Positions 36,201 to 55,008 of a stretch of DNA of 55,008 nt are shown piece after piece (the stretch's first letter is position 1; each line of letters begins with the position of its first letter). Both the position numbers and the translations under genes were made by a program. Source of the DNA: Catajapyx aquilonaris. Taxonomy: Eukaryota. The notes under the pieces were generated by a model, which made no database searches, had not been told where the DNA came from, and worked only from the letters and a program-made list of their open reading frames with translations. The stretch spans positions 1-55,008 of the forward strand of contig JYFJ02002545.1 of assembly GCA_000934665.2 (NCBI GenBank). The letters run 5' to 3'.

Positions 36201-38587
36201 AAAGTGGATCACACAATTTGTGTTTATATAAACAGGCGAAGGAAGACCAGACCAAACTGGAGATGAAGCATCGGCAGGAGGAGGACGACCTGTACCGAAA
36301 ATTCGCTCGTCAGCGTGAAGAAGAAGAGAATCGGATGAAGGAAGAGATCAGAGAGGAATGGGAAAAGGAGCTGGAGAAGCTGACTGCTCGGTTCCAGAAG
36401 GAGATGCAGCTCAAGAAGAGGAGACCGGATGAGCAGAGAGTCCTCACCATCAGACACCAGCAGGTACGATCTATGGCTTCAGTCCATATAGTGTGTTATT
36501 ATAACAAAGTAACACATTTTCCAGGAACGGGAGGACCTGGAGAAGAACATGACGTTGAGGAGGGACAGACGGAAAGAATCTATGGGCAGGAAGATGCTGG
36601 AGCACGAGAGGGCAGCCACAGCAGCACTGGTGGAGAAGCAGAGTCGAGAGATGATGAGTCTCATTGTCGAGAAGAGGTCGGAGTTCATGCTGGAGCAGAG
36701 TCTGTACCATGATGACGACGACGATGATGACGTGGACGACGGTATTGACGACGGCATCGACGACGGGTTGGGTCGACGGCACCACCAGCAACGGATGCGA
36801 GACCAGCGCTCTCAGAGGAAGGAGAAGCATCGAGACCAGGCCATCGGGAGGGGAAGCAACAGCGGCGTCGGTGGCGTCGGTGGCGTCGGAGGAACCAGTA
36901 CCGTACCGGCATTGGCCCCTCTGGAGCCGTACCCTGCACAGCCACCTCCACCCTCACCTCCTTCAGTGTCCAAATCTGCTCTGTACTCCGATCCATCCGA
37001 GTTGGCCCATGTGGACCAGGTGGCCATCTCGGTTGCTCAGGAGGACCAGAAGACATTCACAGACCTCGTACGTCAGCTGGTTGCACCGTGCGGGTCAGAC
37101 ATCGAAAAGGCCAGGTACTGTTTAGCTATCAATCAGTTCCGATCCGATCCGTGCAATGGTTCTCACCCGTTCTTCTTCGCAGGACCATCTTCCGATGGAT
37201 AACGGTGAAGAACCTGAACGCGATGCAGTTCGACGAGGATGTCCGTACCGACACTCCGATGGGCCTGCTTCGAGGCATCAAGCATGGTACGGAGAGCTAC
37301 CATGTCCTGTTCAAGAGGCTGTGTTCGTACGCTGGTCTTCATTGTGTGGTCATCAAGGGTTACTCCAAGTCGGCTGGGTACCAACCTGGGATCCGGTTCC
37401 AGGACTCTCGGTTCCGGAACTCCTGGAATGCAGTGTATGTAGCTGGAGCCTGGAGATTCGTGCAGTGCAACTGGGGGGCTAGGCATCTGGTCAATGCTAA
37501 AGAGGCACCAAAGCCTGGACACAGAGGAAAAGCAGATTCGCTCAGGTCAGTACCGACACTTTCTATTCCATGCGCAAAAGACATTATATTCGGAGTAAAA
37601 CCCGGTTGCAGGTACGAGTATGACGACCATTACTTCCTGACGGACCCGCACGAGTTCATCCACGAGTTCTTCCCGTTGCAAGAAGAGTGGCAGTTGCTCC
37701 ACCAGCCCCTGACGTTGCTCCAGTTCGAGGAGTTGCCCTTCGTGCGGTCCCTGTTCTTCCGGTATGGTCTGTCCTTCCCACATCCGGACACTCGCGCCGT
37801 GATGCGAACCGACGCCACCGGCGCCTCCACTGTCCGTCTGGGCGTCCCTCCGCATCTGCACCACAGCCTCATCTTCCACTACAACCTGAAGCTGTACGGA
37901 CACGACGACGCCGACACCTTGGACGGCGTCTCGCTCAAACGGTTCGTCATGCAGAGCGTCACTCCGGATTCAAACAGCGTCGCTTTCCGGGTACACGCTC
38001 CTTGCGCAGGAGCGTTTCTACTGGACATTTTCGCCAACGCAGTCACCCCGCAGGTACATTGTCGCACTCAAACGTGTACTGTCCGTTACTTATTGGACAT
38101 TGATTTTCAGGAATATTTGACTGGCGAACCGATGAAGTTCAAGTCTGTGTGCAAGTTCCGGATCGAGTGTGAGGCTCTGGCGACTGTGATGGTGCCGCTT
38201 CCGGATTGCGCCAGCGGAGAGTGGGGTCCAGCCAAGGCCCAGAGGCTGTTCGGATTGCGTCCAGTGTCCCATCCGGACGCACTCATCTTCGCCGGACGCA
38301 GCCTGGACATCCGCTTCAGGGCGTCACGTCCACTGGCAGACTTCATGGCGGCTCTGCACAAGAACGGAGCGGACGAGCGGCATCTGTCCCGATTCGTGTC
38401 CCACTCCTTGTCCTCAGATGGACAGGAGGTCCTCTTCCGATTGGCCTTCCCAGAAGAAGGACAGTATGGACTTGACATTTACACCAGAGAAGGACCCCTC
38501 CCTGCATCCAGCCCTTCGTCTCCTCCAGAGAAGCATCTACTCACACACTGCTGCAAGTACCTCATCAACTCCTCCAAGCGGAACTAA
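30284..38587 (+). CDS. Hil: Hillarin (LIM domain, coiled coil, transglutaminase-like domain)
   Basis: Exons 30284-30691, 34610-34804, 36236-36463, 36525-37114, 37183-37545, 37612-38053, 38111-38587, all phase-compatible. LIM CLRC..FHTGCFKCAVC; GYSKSAGYQPG; SWNAVYVAGAWRFVQCNWGA; YEYDDHYFLTDP. Confidence 0.94.
31994..32253 (+). mobile_element. Non-autonomous Helitron-like element with internal inverted repeat
   Basis: A|TC 5' end, hairpin CCCGTT-gcgaag-AACGGG at 32225-32242, CTAG|T 3' end at 32250-32254; a related sequence lies at 52762-52839. Confidence 0.7.
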
Positions 38588-39896
38588 ACATGCGCAAAAA
38601 TAATCAGTGCGCCATTTTTACAACGAACTAAAGTAACTTAATAAACACTCGCCCAGCACTATTTTTTCTGGCTCACTTTTAACAAAATTGTGGCATGTAA
38701 CCCTGTCTAGTCCAATCACAAGTGCCCCTTTTCCTGGAACTTTCATTTGGATATGCAGCCTCTTTGCTCATATTGTGTTACTTCAATTAACTGGTACGAA
38801 ATTGCACAAAATGGCTAATTTTTTTAGCAGCCTGATTGATGCAAATTGACCAACAAAATTTTTGCCCCTTGATCAAATCAAGCTCAAATCATCCCAAACT
38901 CTTCTATATACGAACATCCAATTTTGCAACCTTTCATTATACCTTCCATTGCATAGAAAGCTACAGCATGCAAACCCTCTAAGTCACCAGTCCATCATCA
39001 CTGACCATTGCATACCAAATGATCAACACTTCTAACGTTGTAAATATCTGTCAGCATACGATAAAACCAATTACATATTTTATGGCGCTCTATATCCCAA
39101 AATCAGAGAAAGTGATAACTTACAAAGTGCCCGGTAATATTATGGAAGAAAAATGTTAATAAACATTTTGCGGGCACGTAATAAATATACAGAGATGTTT
39201 TTTTTCCTTTTTCGAAATCAGAAGGTGCCTGTTTCGATCAATATGGATTCCTTACTGATTTTTATATTAAAAACATCATTCACATGAACATGTATAAATA
39301 CAGTATAATCATAATTCGGGACGTATGTTACTAGCTGAAGGGGTTTCTAATCGGTTTTTTTTATCAGCCTTAAAATGCCATTATCCTCGATATAAGTGAA
39401 TATTGTACAATGTGTAAACTACTGGTGGTGCAGATCACAGAATAGTGATCGTTAACATGGCTAAAATAAAAGGCTTCCACGTGATTCCAGTGATGAGGTT
39501 TCTGTTGTACTTCAAAGTTGAATAACCATGTAATTATAACAACAATAAAGTGCATTATAATAAGTATATGTGTCTGCATATATTCAATTTGGTATGGACA
39601 GGTTTGGAATATGTCAACAGGTCATACAGGGTACACATCACCTTGAGATATAAATATCATATGATGCATACAGAGGAAAAATGTGCGTACATCTACATAT
39701 GGCATTAAAACAAGTTTCTTGTTATACTGTATAAAAAAAGTGCAGCATATGCAGCAGGTTGGCAATATTTGCTGGTGTGTACCCTTTAATTATTCTGAAT
39801 ATATTATTGCTCGTTTCCCTGGTTCCTGCGAACCAGACGGAGGTGGGCGGGCCATCAAATAAATTTGAGTTCTCTAAGGTCCAGCAAGTGTCCAAG

Positions 39897-40375
39897 ATGT
39901 CCGAAGCACCGACAAAATTGACGATGCTGGAGGAGATGACCATCCTCACAGACACGGTTCGGAAGATTCACAAATACCAACAGCTCTACACTAACTTCCT
40001 CGTGAATCCATACAACATGAGAGCCCGTAAGTATTACATTGTCACTGTATACACATCATACGTAATCATCCGGATGAAATATAAATCATGACAGTGAATC
40101 TGGTGACTGGGAAGGTCACTTCCTCGAGCGATGCACAGTCTGGGACCATGCAGCAGCTGGACGCTTACATCTCAGGAGTGCTGGACCGTGCTTCGGACCC
40201 TCCGACCAAGAAGTACTCTAAACCACAGACGACAGCACAGGAGGTCGGATGGCTCGCCCACATGTCCGCCCCTACCAGGGACCGCAGGATGCACTTCCCA
40301 ATGCACATGTCACCCATGACCAAGTACATGGAGTTCGCCTGGAAGACCAAAGAGCAGAGCAACATGGGCAACTGA
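39897..40375 (+). CDS. CFAP144: CFAP144/FAM183-family cilia-associated protein
   Basis: Exons 39897-40026 and 40095-40375. QQLYTNFLVNPY, LVTGK, PTKKYSKPQTTAQEVGW, HFP..SPMTKY resemble the FAM183 pattern. Confidence 0.8.
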
Positions 40376-40478
40376 TTTGTCTCGAGAGAACAAAAAAAAA
40401 TCAAGTTAAATATACACAGTGTACGCAAATTTGTTGATTAAAGTTATTTTTTCGCGTTCAAACGAATAAGTTTGTCCG

Positions 40479-40627
40479 TGGCGCCAAAACTATCGATATA
40501 TCGTCAGTACTCATCGATATATCGGCAGAATCGATATTATTGGTGAGAAATATCGATATTATCGTCAATGATAATGGAATATATATCGATATATTGTCAG
40601 AATCGATATAATCGTCCAACATGGCCG
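40479..40627. promoter_or_regulatory. DRE cluster with an E2F-like and a YY1-like site upstream of the THAP gene
   Basis: TATCGATA at 40491, 40551, 40584; (C/A)ATCGATA at 40512, 40529, 40601; TGGCGCCAAA at 40479; CAACATGGCCG at 40617. Confidence 0.65.
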
Positions 40628-40709
40628 ACTGAACATAATTTGCATAAGTTTTTGGCCAATTTTTTGCGTTTGCTGCTTCGGGTTTTGTTTGTTTCTCGTT
40701 TATTCGACC

Positions 40710-41539
40710 ATGGTGAACAGCTGCTTTGTGCCAGGATGCAAATCCAGGTGGTCTAGAGGCACCAAGAGGCTGCTGAGCTTCCACGAGTTCCCGGTGAAGG
40801 AAGCGATGAGGGACGCTTGGATCAGTGCGCTTAATGGTAAATCATGATTTGTCATAATTTATTGCATAATTTACCTGACTTTCAACATTGACAGACGCAG
40901 GGTTTACAAACATCAGTTCAATGAGTCGAGGCATCCCCAGCAACACGGCTAGAATCTGTGGGATTCACTTCAAGCCAGACAACTACAGACAGGGCTTAAC
41001 GATTAAGGCTCTCCGTCCTGATGCCATCCCATCAGTGTTTCCTTCCAGCCCACCGGCCGCAGCCAAGGAAAAATCAGCTGTGGTCGTTAAAGCAAAGAAG
41101 GCAGCGCCAGGAAAAGCGAAGCTACAGAAAAAGAAAGCGAAGGTACGTCTTTTATGGGATTTAAGTATTATTAATAGTTGATTTCACTAACTCGGTATTA
41201 ATATTTTTATAGAAGGAGGAAGTCGCTGTACCTGAGGAACCACTCATTCAGGATGTTGTTGCAGTCGTTCCGGTATTACCACAAGACTCCGAGGAACTAG
41301 ATCCGCTTATGGACCTCGGCAGCGAGGAGACTGTATTACCGCAGGAATTCACATCCGTTGGTGTCCAAACAGATCCAAGAGGTTCAATTGAGGTTGAACA
41401 GTGTAATCAATGCTACAAGCTTCAGCGCCGGATTAACGAGCTTAAAGCGCAGCTTGTACATGCACAGTTTTCTCGTAACGAACTCATCCATAAGCTCAAA
41501 ACAAACGGCCTTGTGATAAAAGGTGAAAACGAAATATGA
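40710..41539 (+). CDS. THAP-domain protein (C2CH zinc finger, Lys-rich linker, C-terminal coiled coil)
   Basis: Exons 40710-40836, 40895-41142, 41213-41539. MVNSCFVPGC..SFHEFP..W..RICGIHF..LRPDAIPSVF is a complete THAP signature. Confidence 0.9.
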
Positions 41540-41673
41540 ATGTCCACTTCGAGCGACTTGATTCTTCTCATGAATTGTGTGACCTGACTTGTACACATTG
41601 ATGATAAAAAATGTCATATTCTGTTCTATAAGGTATCATTTTGTACAGTATTAATTTGCATCACTTTTTCCAC

Positions 41674-41788
41674 ATGATGGTGGAATTTTCGTCCCACTGG
41701 TAGTTACTGCTAATTTAGCAGTACCTGTGTTGCCATTGGTGCTGCTAAGTTAGAAGTAACTAGCAGTGGGACGAAAATTCAACAACAT
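41674..41788. mobile_element. Palindromic MITE-like element
   Basis: Arms GAATTTTCGTCCCACTGGTAGTTACTGCTAATTTAGCAGTACC and GGTGCTGCTAAGTTAGAAGTAACTAGCAGTGGGACGAAAATTC, separated by a loop of about 12 nt. Confidence 0.75.
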
Positions 41789-41904
41789 ACACATGTTGAA
41801 ACCGCAACGGAAAATAAACCAGTTAGCATAAAATTATAAGGGAACAATTATGTGAAAATACGGTAGCGGAGTTAAGAATTAATGGCTTTATTTATCTGGG
41901 AGTT

Positions 41905-43093
41905 TCATCGTTTGCCTCGCTTTCCTCCTGCGCCACTCTTCTGCTTGGCCTTCTGCCTCTGCCTTTTGCCCATCCTTTGCTCCTTGGGTTTGGACTTACG
42001 ACGTTGCCCAGGGGCAGGTCCAGGTCTAGGTGAACGTCTGTAACTGCTCATATCGGAAGCGCTTTCCTGTGTGTTCCACTTTGACCTCTTTTTCTGTCCG
42101 CCATGCCCAAACTTCTCATCCTTCTTCTGCCGCTTCATCTGCATTCTCCGTTGTCTTTTCGTGAGGTGCACCTCATTTCCCTTTGCATTCCGAGCTGGTG
42201 TTCGCGCCTGCTGTTTCCCCTTCTTCCCTTTGCCGTCTTCCAGAAAGTCCAGGTTGTCAATCTCACCTCTCTGGTATTGTTTTACCTGCAAACACACATT
42301 ACTTAGATGCGACCTTCTTATTTACATCCCCACTACTTACCAGGTTGAGCATGTTCCTCTTCTGCTTGCTCTTATCAAGTCTTGCAGCCAGCTGCACTTC
42401 CTTCGCCATCTTCTTCGCCTGCCTCAACCTCTTGACCTTATCTGCCCTCTCCTGACCCGCCTGCTTCTCCAGAAGGACCTTCCGCACCTTCTGCATATGG
42501 CCGTCCGTCTTCAACATCTCCGCAAAGTAGTCCTCCGGACGCTTGGTGCGGATTCCGAGCTCCTTTAGGCGCGGAAGTGCTGACATCACAGACGATTGCG
42601 CCTGTTCATAATTAGAGGTTGGCTGCCTATTAATTGCAGTTTAATTAGAGGTAAGTGTATAAATTTGTTCACATAACATGAACCCACATTTGGTCAGCTG
42701 CGTTACCCATCTGCAATGGTTTGTGAAACGTTCCGGTGTGTTTGATCATACCTGCCTGAAGAAAGCGGCCTCCCTCTTGAAGTCGTCGTTGGCCAGGTTC
42801 GTCCCTTCAGCTGCAGCCCCCATCTCCAAGGCAATCTGAGGGTGTATCGGCGCCTGCTTGGAGACCACGTCCAGCCTCTCCACCCACTCGGAGGGAGCCT
42901 TTGACTTCAGCTCCGCCAGACCCAGCTTCAAAGCCTGCCTGTTGTTCACCCCTTTCTTCTTCTCCTCCCCTTCAGACTTGATAATGTTCAGACCCGGTTT
43001 GAGCAGACCCCTCTCAAACGCCACCTGCAGCTCACGGTCCGAGTCATCACCCGAGTCCAGCCCCGAGTCCATCTCATCTCTAGGGTCACCCAT
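41905..43093 (-). CDS. EBNA1BP2: rRNA-processing protein EBP2
   Basis: Exons 43093-42752, 42601-42341, 42285-41905. DRELQVAFERGLLKPGLN, NDDFKREAAFFRQAQ, TKRPEDYFAEMLKTDGHMQKVR, KFGHGGQKKRSKWNT. Confidence 0.96.
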
Positions 43094-43353
43094 GGGGTCA
43101 CAAAAATGGACCAAAAAATTGCCAAAAAGAAATGTGAAAAACCACGCTGGATTCTTCAACGTGAAATGGACGCCATCTTGATTTTACCAGTGGAGCCAAC
43201 AGGTACGTTCCATTAATATTATTAATTAACTTTTAACGAGTTTTTTTTGCTACTTATTAGCACTTTTAATGTGCAAATATTATTTCAAAATGTTGAGTAC
43301 TTAGTGCAATTTATGGATCGGCGCGACAGTGTTGCCAACAGGAGTGTTCCAAA

Positions 43354-44106
43354 ATGGCGGCACATACAAGTCCAATTTCGAACTTGTCTTTTGTGAGCAG
43401 CAGCGAAGAAGAAGAGGAGAAGAAGAGCCGGAGGAGCCGTCACAAGCACAAGAAGAAGCACAGGAAGCACAAGAGGGACAGAAGCCCAGGGGATGAACAC
43501 CACCACCACCACAGCAGCAAGCGGCACAAGAGGAAGCGGCACAAACATTCCGAAGAGGTAACGACACATTTTTCATTTATGTACTGTAATTAACATTGTT
43601 TTTGTTATATAAAGGTGTGTGAACCTGAATCTGAGTTGGAGGAGATTCCGTCAGAGCCGGTGGATCATGCGGAGGTGACACGGATATTCCGGCAGCATCT
43701 CCGCCGGATATTGCAAGCCGATTCGTTGCTGAGCGACCTTCCCGTTGAGGTGACTGCGGAGGAGGTTGCGGCTCAGGTTGCTGTTCGGAAAGGTGAAGCG
43801 CTGCAGGTGAGCGTACTGAGAGCGGATGGCCAGAGGATACCAGTCGTGGTGCAACGTAAGGAGGGACGAGCCACGGTCATGGACTTGCGGCACTCGTTCC
43901 AAAGAGCAACGGATCTGTGGCTGGCCCGCAAACGTGGACCGGACGCTGCACGTGGACTAAGCTGGCGGTACATATGGCGCACATATGTCCTAGTATGCAA
44001 CAGTGTGAAGCTTCAAGACAATACGCAAAGCCTGGACGAAGCAGGCGTTACAGACGGGGCTGAACTCCGCTTCCTGAAGAAACTACGTGAAAAGCGATAC
44101 TTTTGA
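43354..44106 (+). CDS. SNRNP25: U11/U12 snRNP 25 kDa protein with a basic/His-rich N-terminal extension
   Basis: Exons 43354-43557 and 43615-44106. LLSDLPVEVTAEEV, ATVMDL, LSWRYIWRTYVL, LRFLKKLR match the SNRNP25 ubiquitin-like domain. Confidence 0.9.
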
Positions 44107-44726
44107 CTCCAGTTTTATTATTTTTTTCCTGACGAGATTGAGGCATACAAATCGCAGTTTACACTGTACACGGGGATGAAATTAAGGTAATAAATACAGC
44201 TTCAGAAAAGGAAGAGAACATGATTTAAGTTCTGGAATGAGATTCCCTTATTGCATAACCTTCACTGGGAGGGGGAGGGGGTTTAACATCGAAGGAAGCG
44301 AAAAGTAGCAGTCTTGGCAATTAAAACGGCTTGCATCTGCGGGTTTTCACACTCAGCTCGGCAGATGACAGCGACTCCAGTCTTTTTCCCATAATAGTAG
44401 ATGGCAGCGCCTTGCACCGGCGCTTTTCAAGGAAGCAAAAATACATAGTGACGTTGGCGCTTTTAATAGACGGGAGCGCACCGGGAGCTCACAACGAGGG
44501 AATAATATCCACGAGGTGGAAGAACATGTAGGGATTGTATACGACGGGATGGCCTCACCTACATAGTGGATCGCGAGGTTGCGTACGTAGTAAGCGGCTG
44601 AAGAAGCCTCAGATGGTACAGAATTTCCAGGCAATCTCTCTACAAATTACGCTGCCCATCGATGTTCCTTCCAAACAGAAAAAAAAAATGCAATTTCCCC
44701 AATGTCCTTCGGAAGAAGTCGGCACC

Positions 44727-53282
<8,556 letters not shown>

Positions 53283-54377
53283 GTGTGCCGATGCATGTAC
53301 AGAGTACGTGAGCATGTGTGGGGGGTGCTTCTATTGCTTGGCTGCCCTCCAAAAAACCTTTTCCTGCCTTCCTTTTTCTTCCCCTAAAATTTTTTTTCTT
53401 CAGCTGATGGCACTTTTTTTCTTTTGGCAGGTTCCTCTACCTTCAGAAAAATGTTTTTTTTTGGGGGGGAAGCTTCCTTCCCTTGGATTCTCTCCACTGC
53501 TATTATGCTCATCAAATCACTCAGCGACCCAAATGTCTAATTGGGATACTCGTACAGACAACGGTCATTAGCCCTCTTGTTTTCCCCCAAATATAGATGG
53601 GACGTAAAAGGTGGCACCAATGCATGTGATTATTACAATGGGATAGGACTTCTAAAATGAGGTTGAAGCGAGGAGTGCGCTGAAGCAGAGAAGGAAGCAT
53701 TGCGCCAATAGGAAGTGAAAGTGGAAGTTGCCGTAACTTTTTGGTTAACAATCGAAATGCTATCCTGTGTACAGAGGCAGACTTCCCAAGTAGATAAGGA
53801 GCAAAATGAGTGATTTACAGTGTGTAAAAGCACGTATTATGATGGTCAGACATCTGTGGAAAAAAAATTGTTCGTGGTCCTTGCCACTAAACGGACAAGA
53901 CCGCTGCAAAGAATATCATGTACAAAAAACCATTACCTTATTGCTATTTCGGTGGCAGATGTCAGGTTTAAATTTAACGTCGCTTCTAAAAAAAAATGAG
54001 GGCATCCTCCGCCTTCGCCACGACCTCTATCAACTCATCTGCATCCGTAATAAAATTGGCAAGGAAGTACATTGCAATTAGATGCGATTTGGTACAATAA
54101 CTGCATCAGCCATATCCTCCATTATGGAGTACTTATCTAACAGAAGATAAGAACTTTATGGTCAGCAATACAGATATCACCTTGACAGCAGAGCAAATAA
54201 GACAACATGAGATTACATGCCTACATTTCTTACTATCTAAACATGACTGTAAACATTCCCAACGGATAGCGCAGATTTATATTTAAAATCGTAGAGAAAC
54301 CGCTGGACCGAACCTGGCTTCAGTTCACACGCTTTCTAGCAAGGTATTAGCGCAGTCATTGATCGGAACAAATGCTG

Positions 54378-54850
54378 CCAATTCCGTGTGATCCAATTGA
54401 TTTAATTAAAAAAAAAAAAAGTACAGACATTCCGCTAAGTGACATTCCAGTACCGGTAGTTTACTTATCGCATTACCAGCTGTATTCCTTGATATTATTT
54501 TATTAATTGAATCAATTAATTCCTTTGATTGAATTCATAAAATATATCAAGCTGGTAACGAATCTTGACGAAATGATCATAGTTTTTATTAATTTATACT
54601 GATAAAGTCAATTAAATAAGGAAATACAGCTTGGCACAGAATGCCCGTAACATATATTTAAAAAGATGGACATTCTGTGCCGAGCGACATTCTGGTAATT
54701 TACTAATTGTGCTCCCTGATTCAATTGACAACAATTATATGGGCATTCCGGTACTGAGCTGTATTCCCTGATTCAATTGAATTACGGACATTCCGCCAGC
54801 ATTTACTGGCTGTGTTCCCTTATTCGGTGGGCATAATTTACTAATAATTG
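54378..54850. repeat. Degenerate modular repeat with direct and inverted copies
   Basis: Recurrent G(A/G)CATTC and GCTGT(A/G)TTCCCT(G)ATTCAATTGA modules; one inverted copy at 54614-54649. Confidence 0.65.
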
Positions 54851-55008
54851 CGTTACAGACCACATCACCTTCCTTGATAAAAATTGAGTTCCGTCAACAT
54901 TTGCTGAGACTAACAATAATTGGCTAATTATTCCATTGCTGGTCGCAATTACTTTCCCAATAATTTTGGATGACATGTGTGTTCCCCATTGAGGAGGTGT
55001 GTAATGAC

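Overview
Gene-dense, intron-containing eukaryotic genomic DNA, most likely an arthropod (inferred from EcKL, hillarin and wunen-like genes and many 50-80 nt introns). Hand-built gene models, left to right: CDC50/TMEM30A (5' part, minus strand, missed by the ORF track), RAD23, ZYG11-family CUL2 adaptor, COA7, TAF8, four tandem intronless EcKL (ecdysteroid kinase-like) units, a wunen/PLPP lipid phosphate phosphatase, hillarin, CFAP144/FAM183, a THAP-domain gene, EBP2, SNRNP25 and ARHGAP39/Vilse. The most notable points are: (1) EcKL units 2 and 1 appear joined by an in-frame intron into an 851-aa two-domain kinase, and all four units have HRD rather than the usual HGD; (2) the PLPP gene has two homologous 152-nt exons whose phases force mutually exclusive splicing; (3) a CAAnATG(GC) YY1/TISU-like motif is the real start codon in four genes but opens a tiny uORF in three others; (4) there is a 260-bp Helitron-like element with an internal foldback, a hairpin MITE in a probable 3'UTR, and a six-site DRE cluster. 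No prokaryotic systems, CRISPR arrays, or recognisable tRNA/rRNA genes were seen. All assignments come from manual translation and recalled family motifs; no searches were run.
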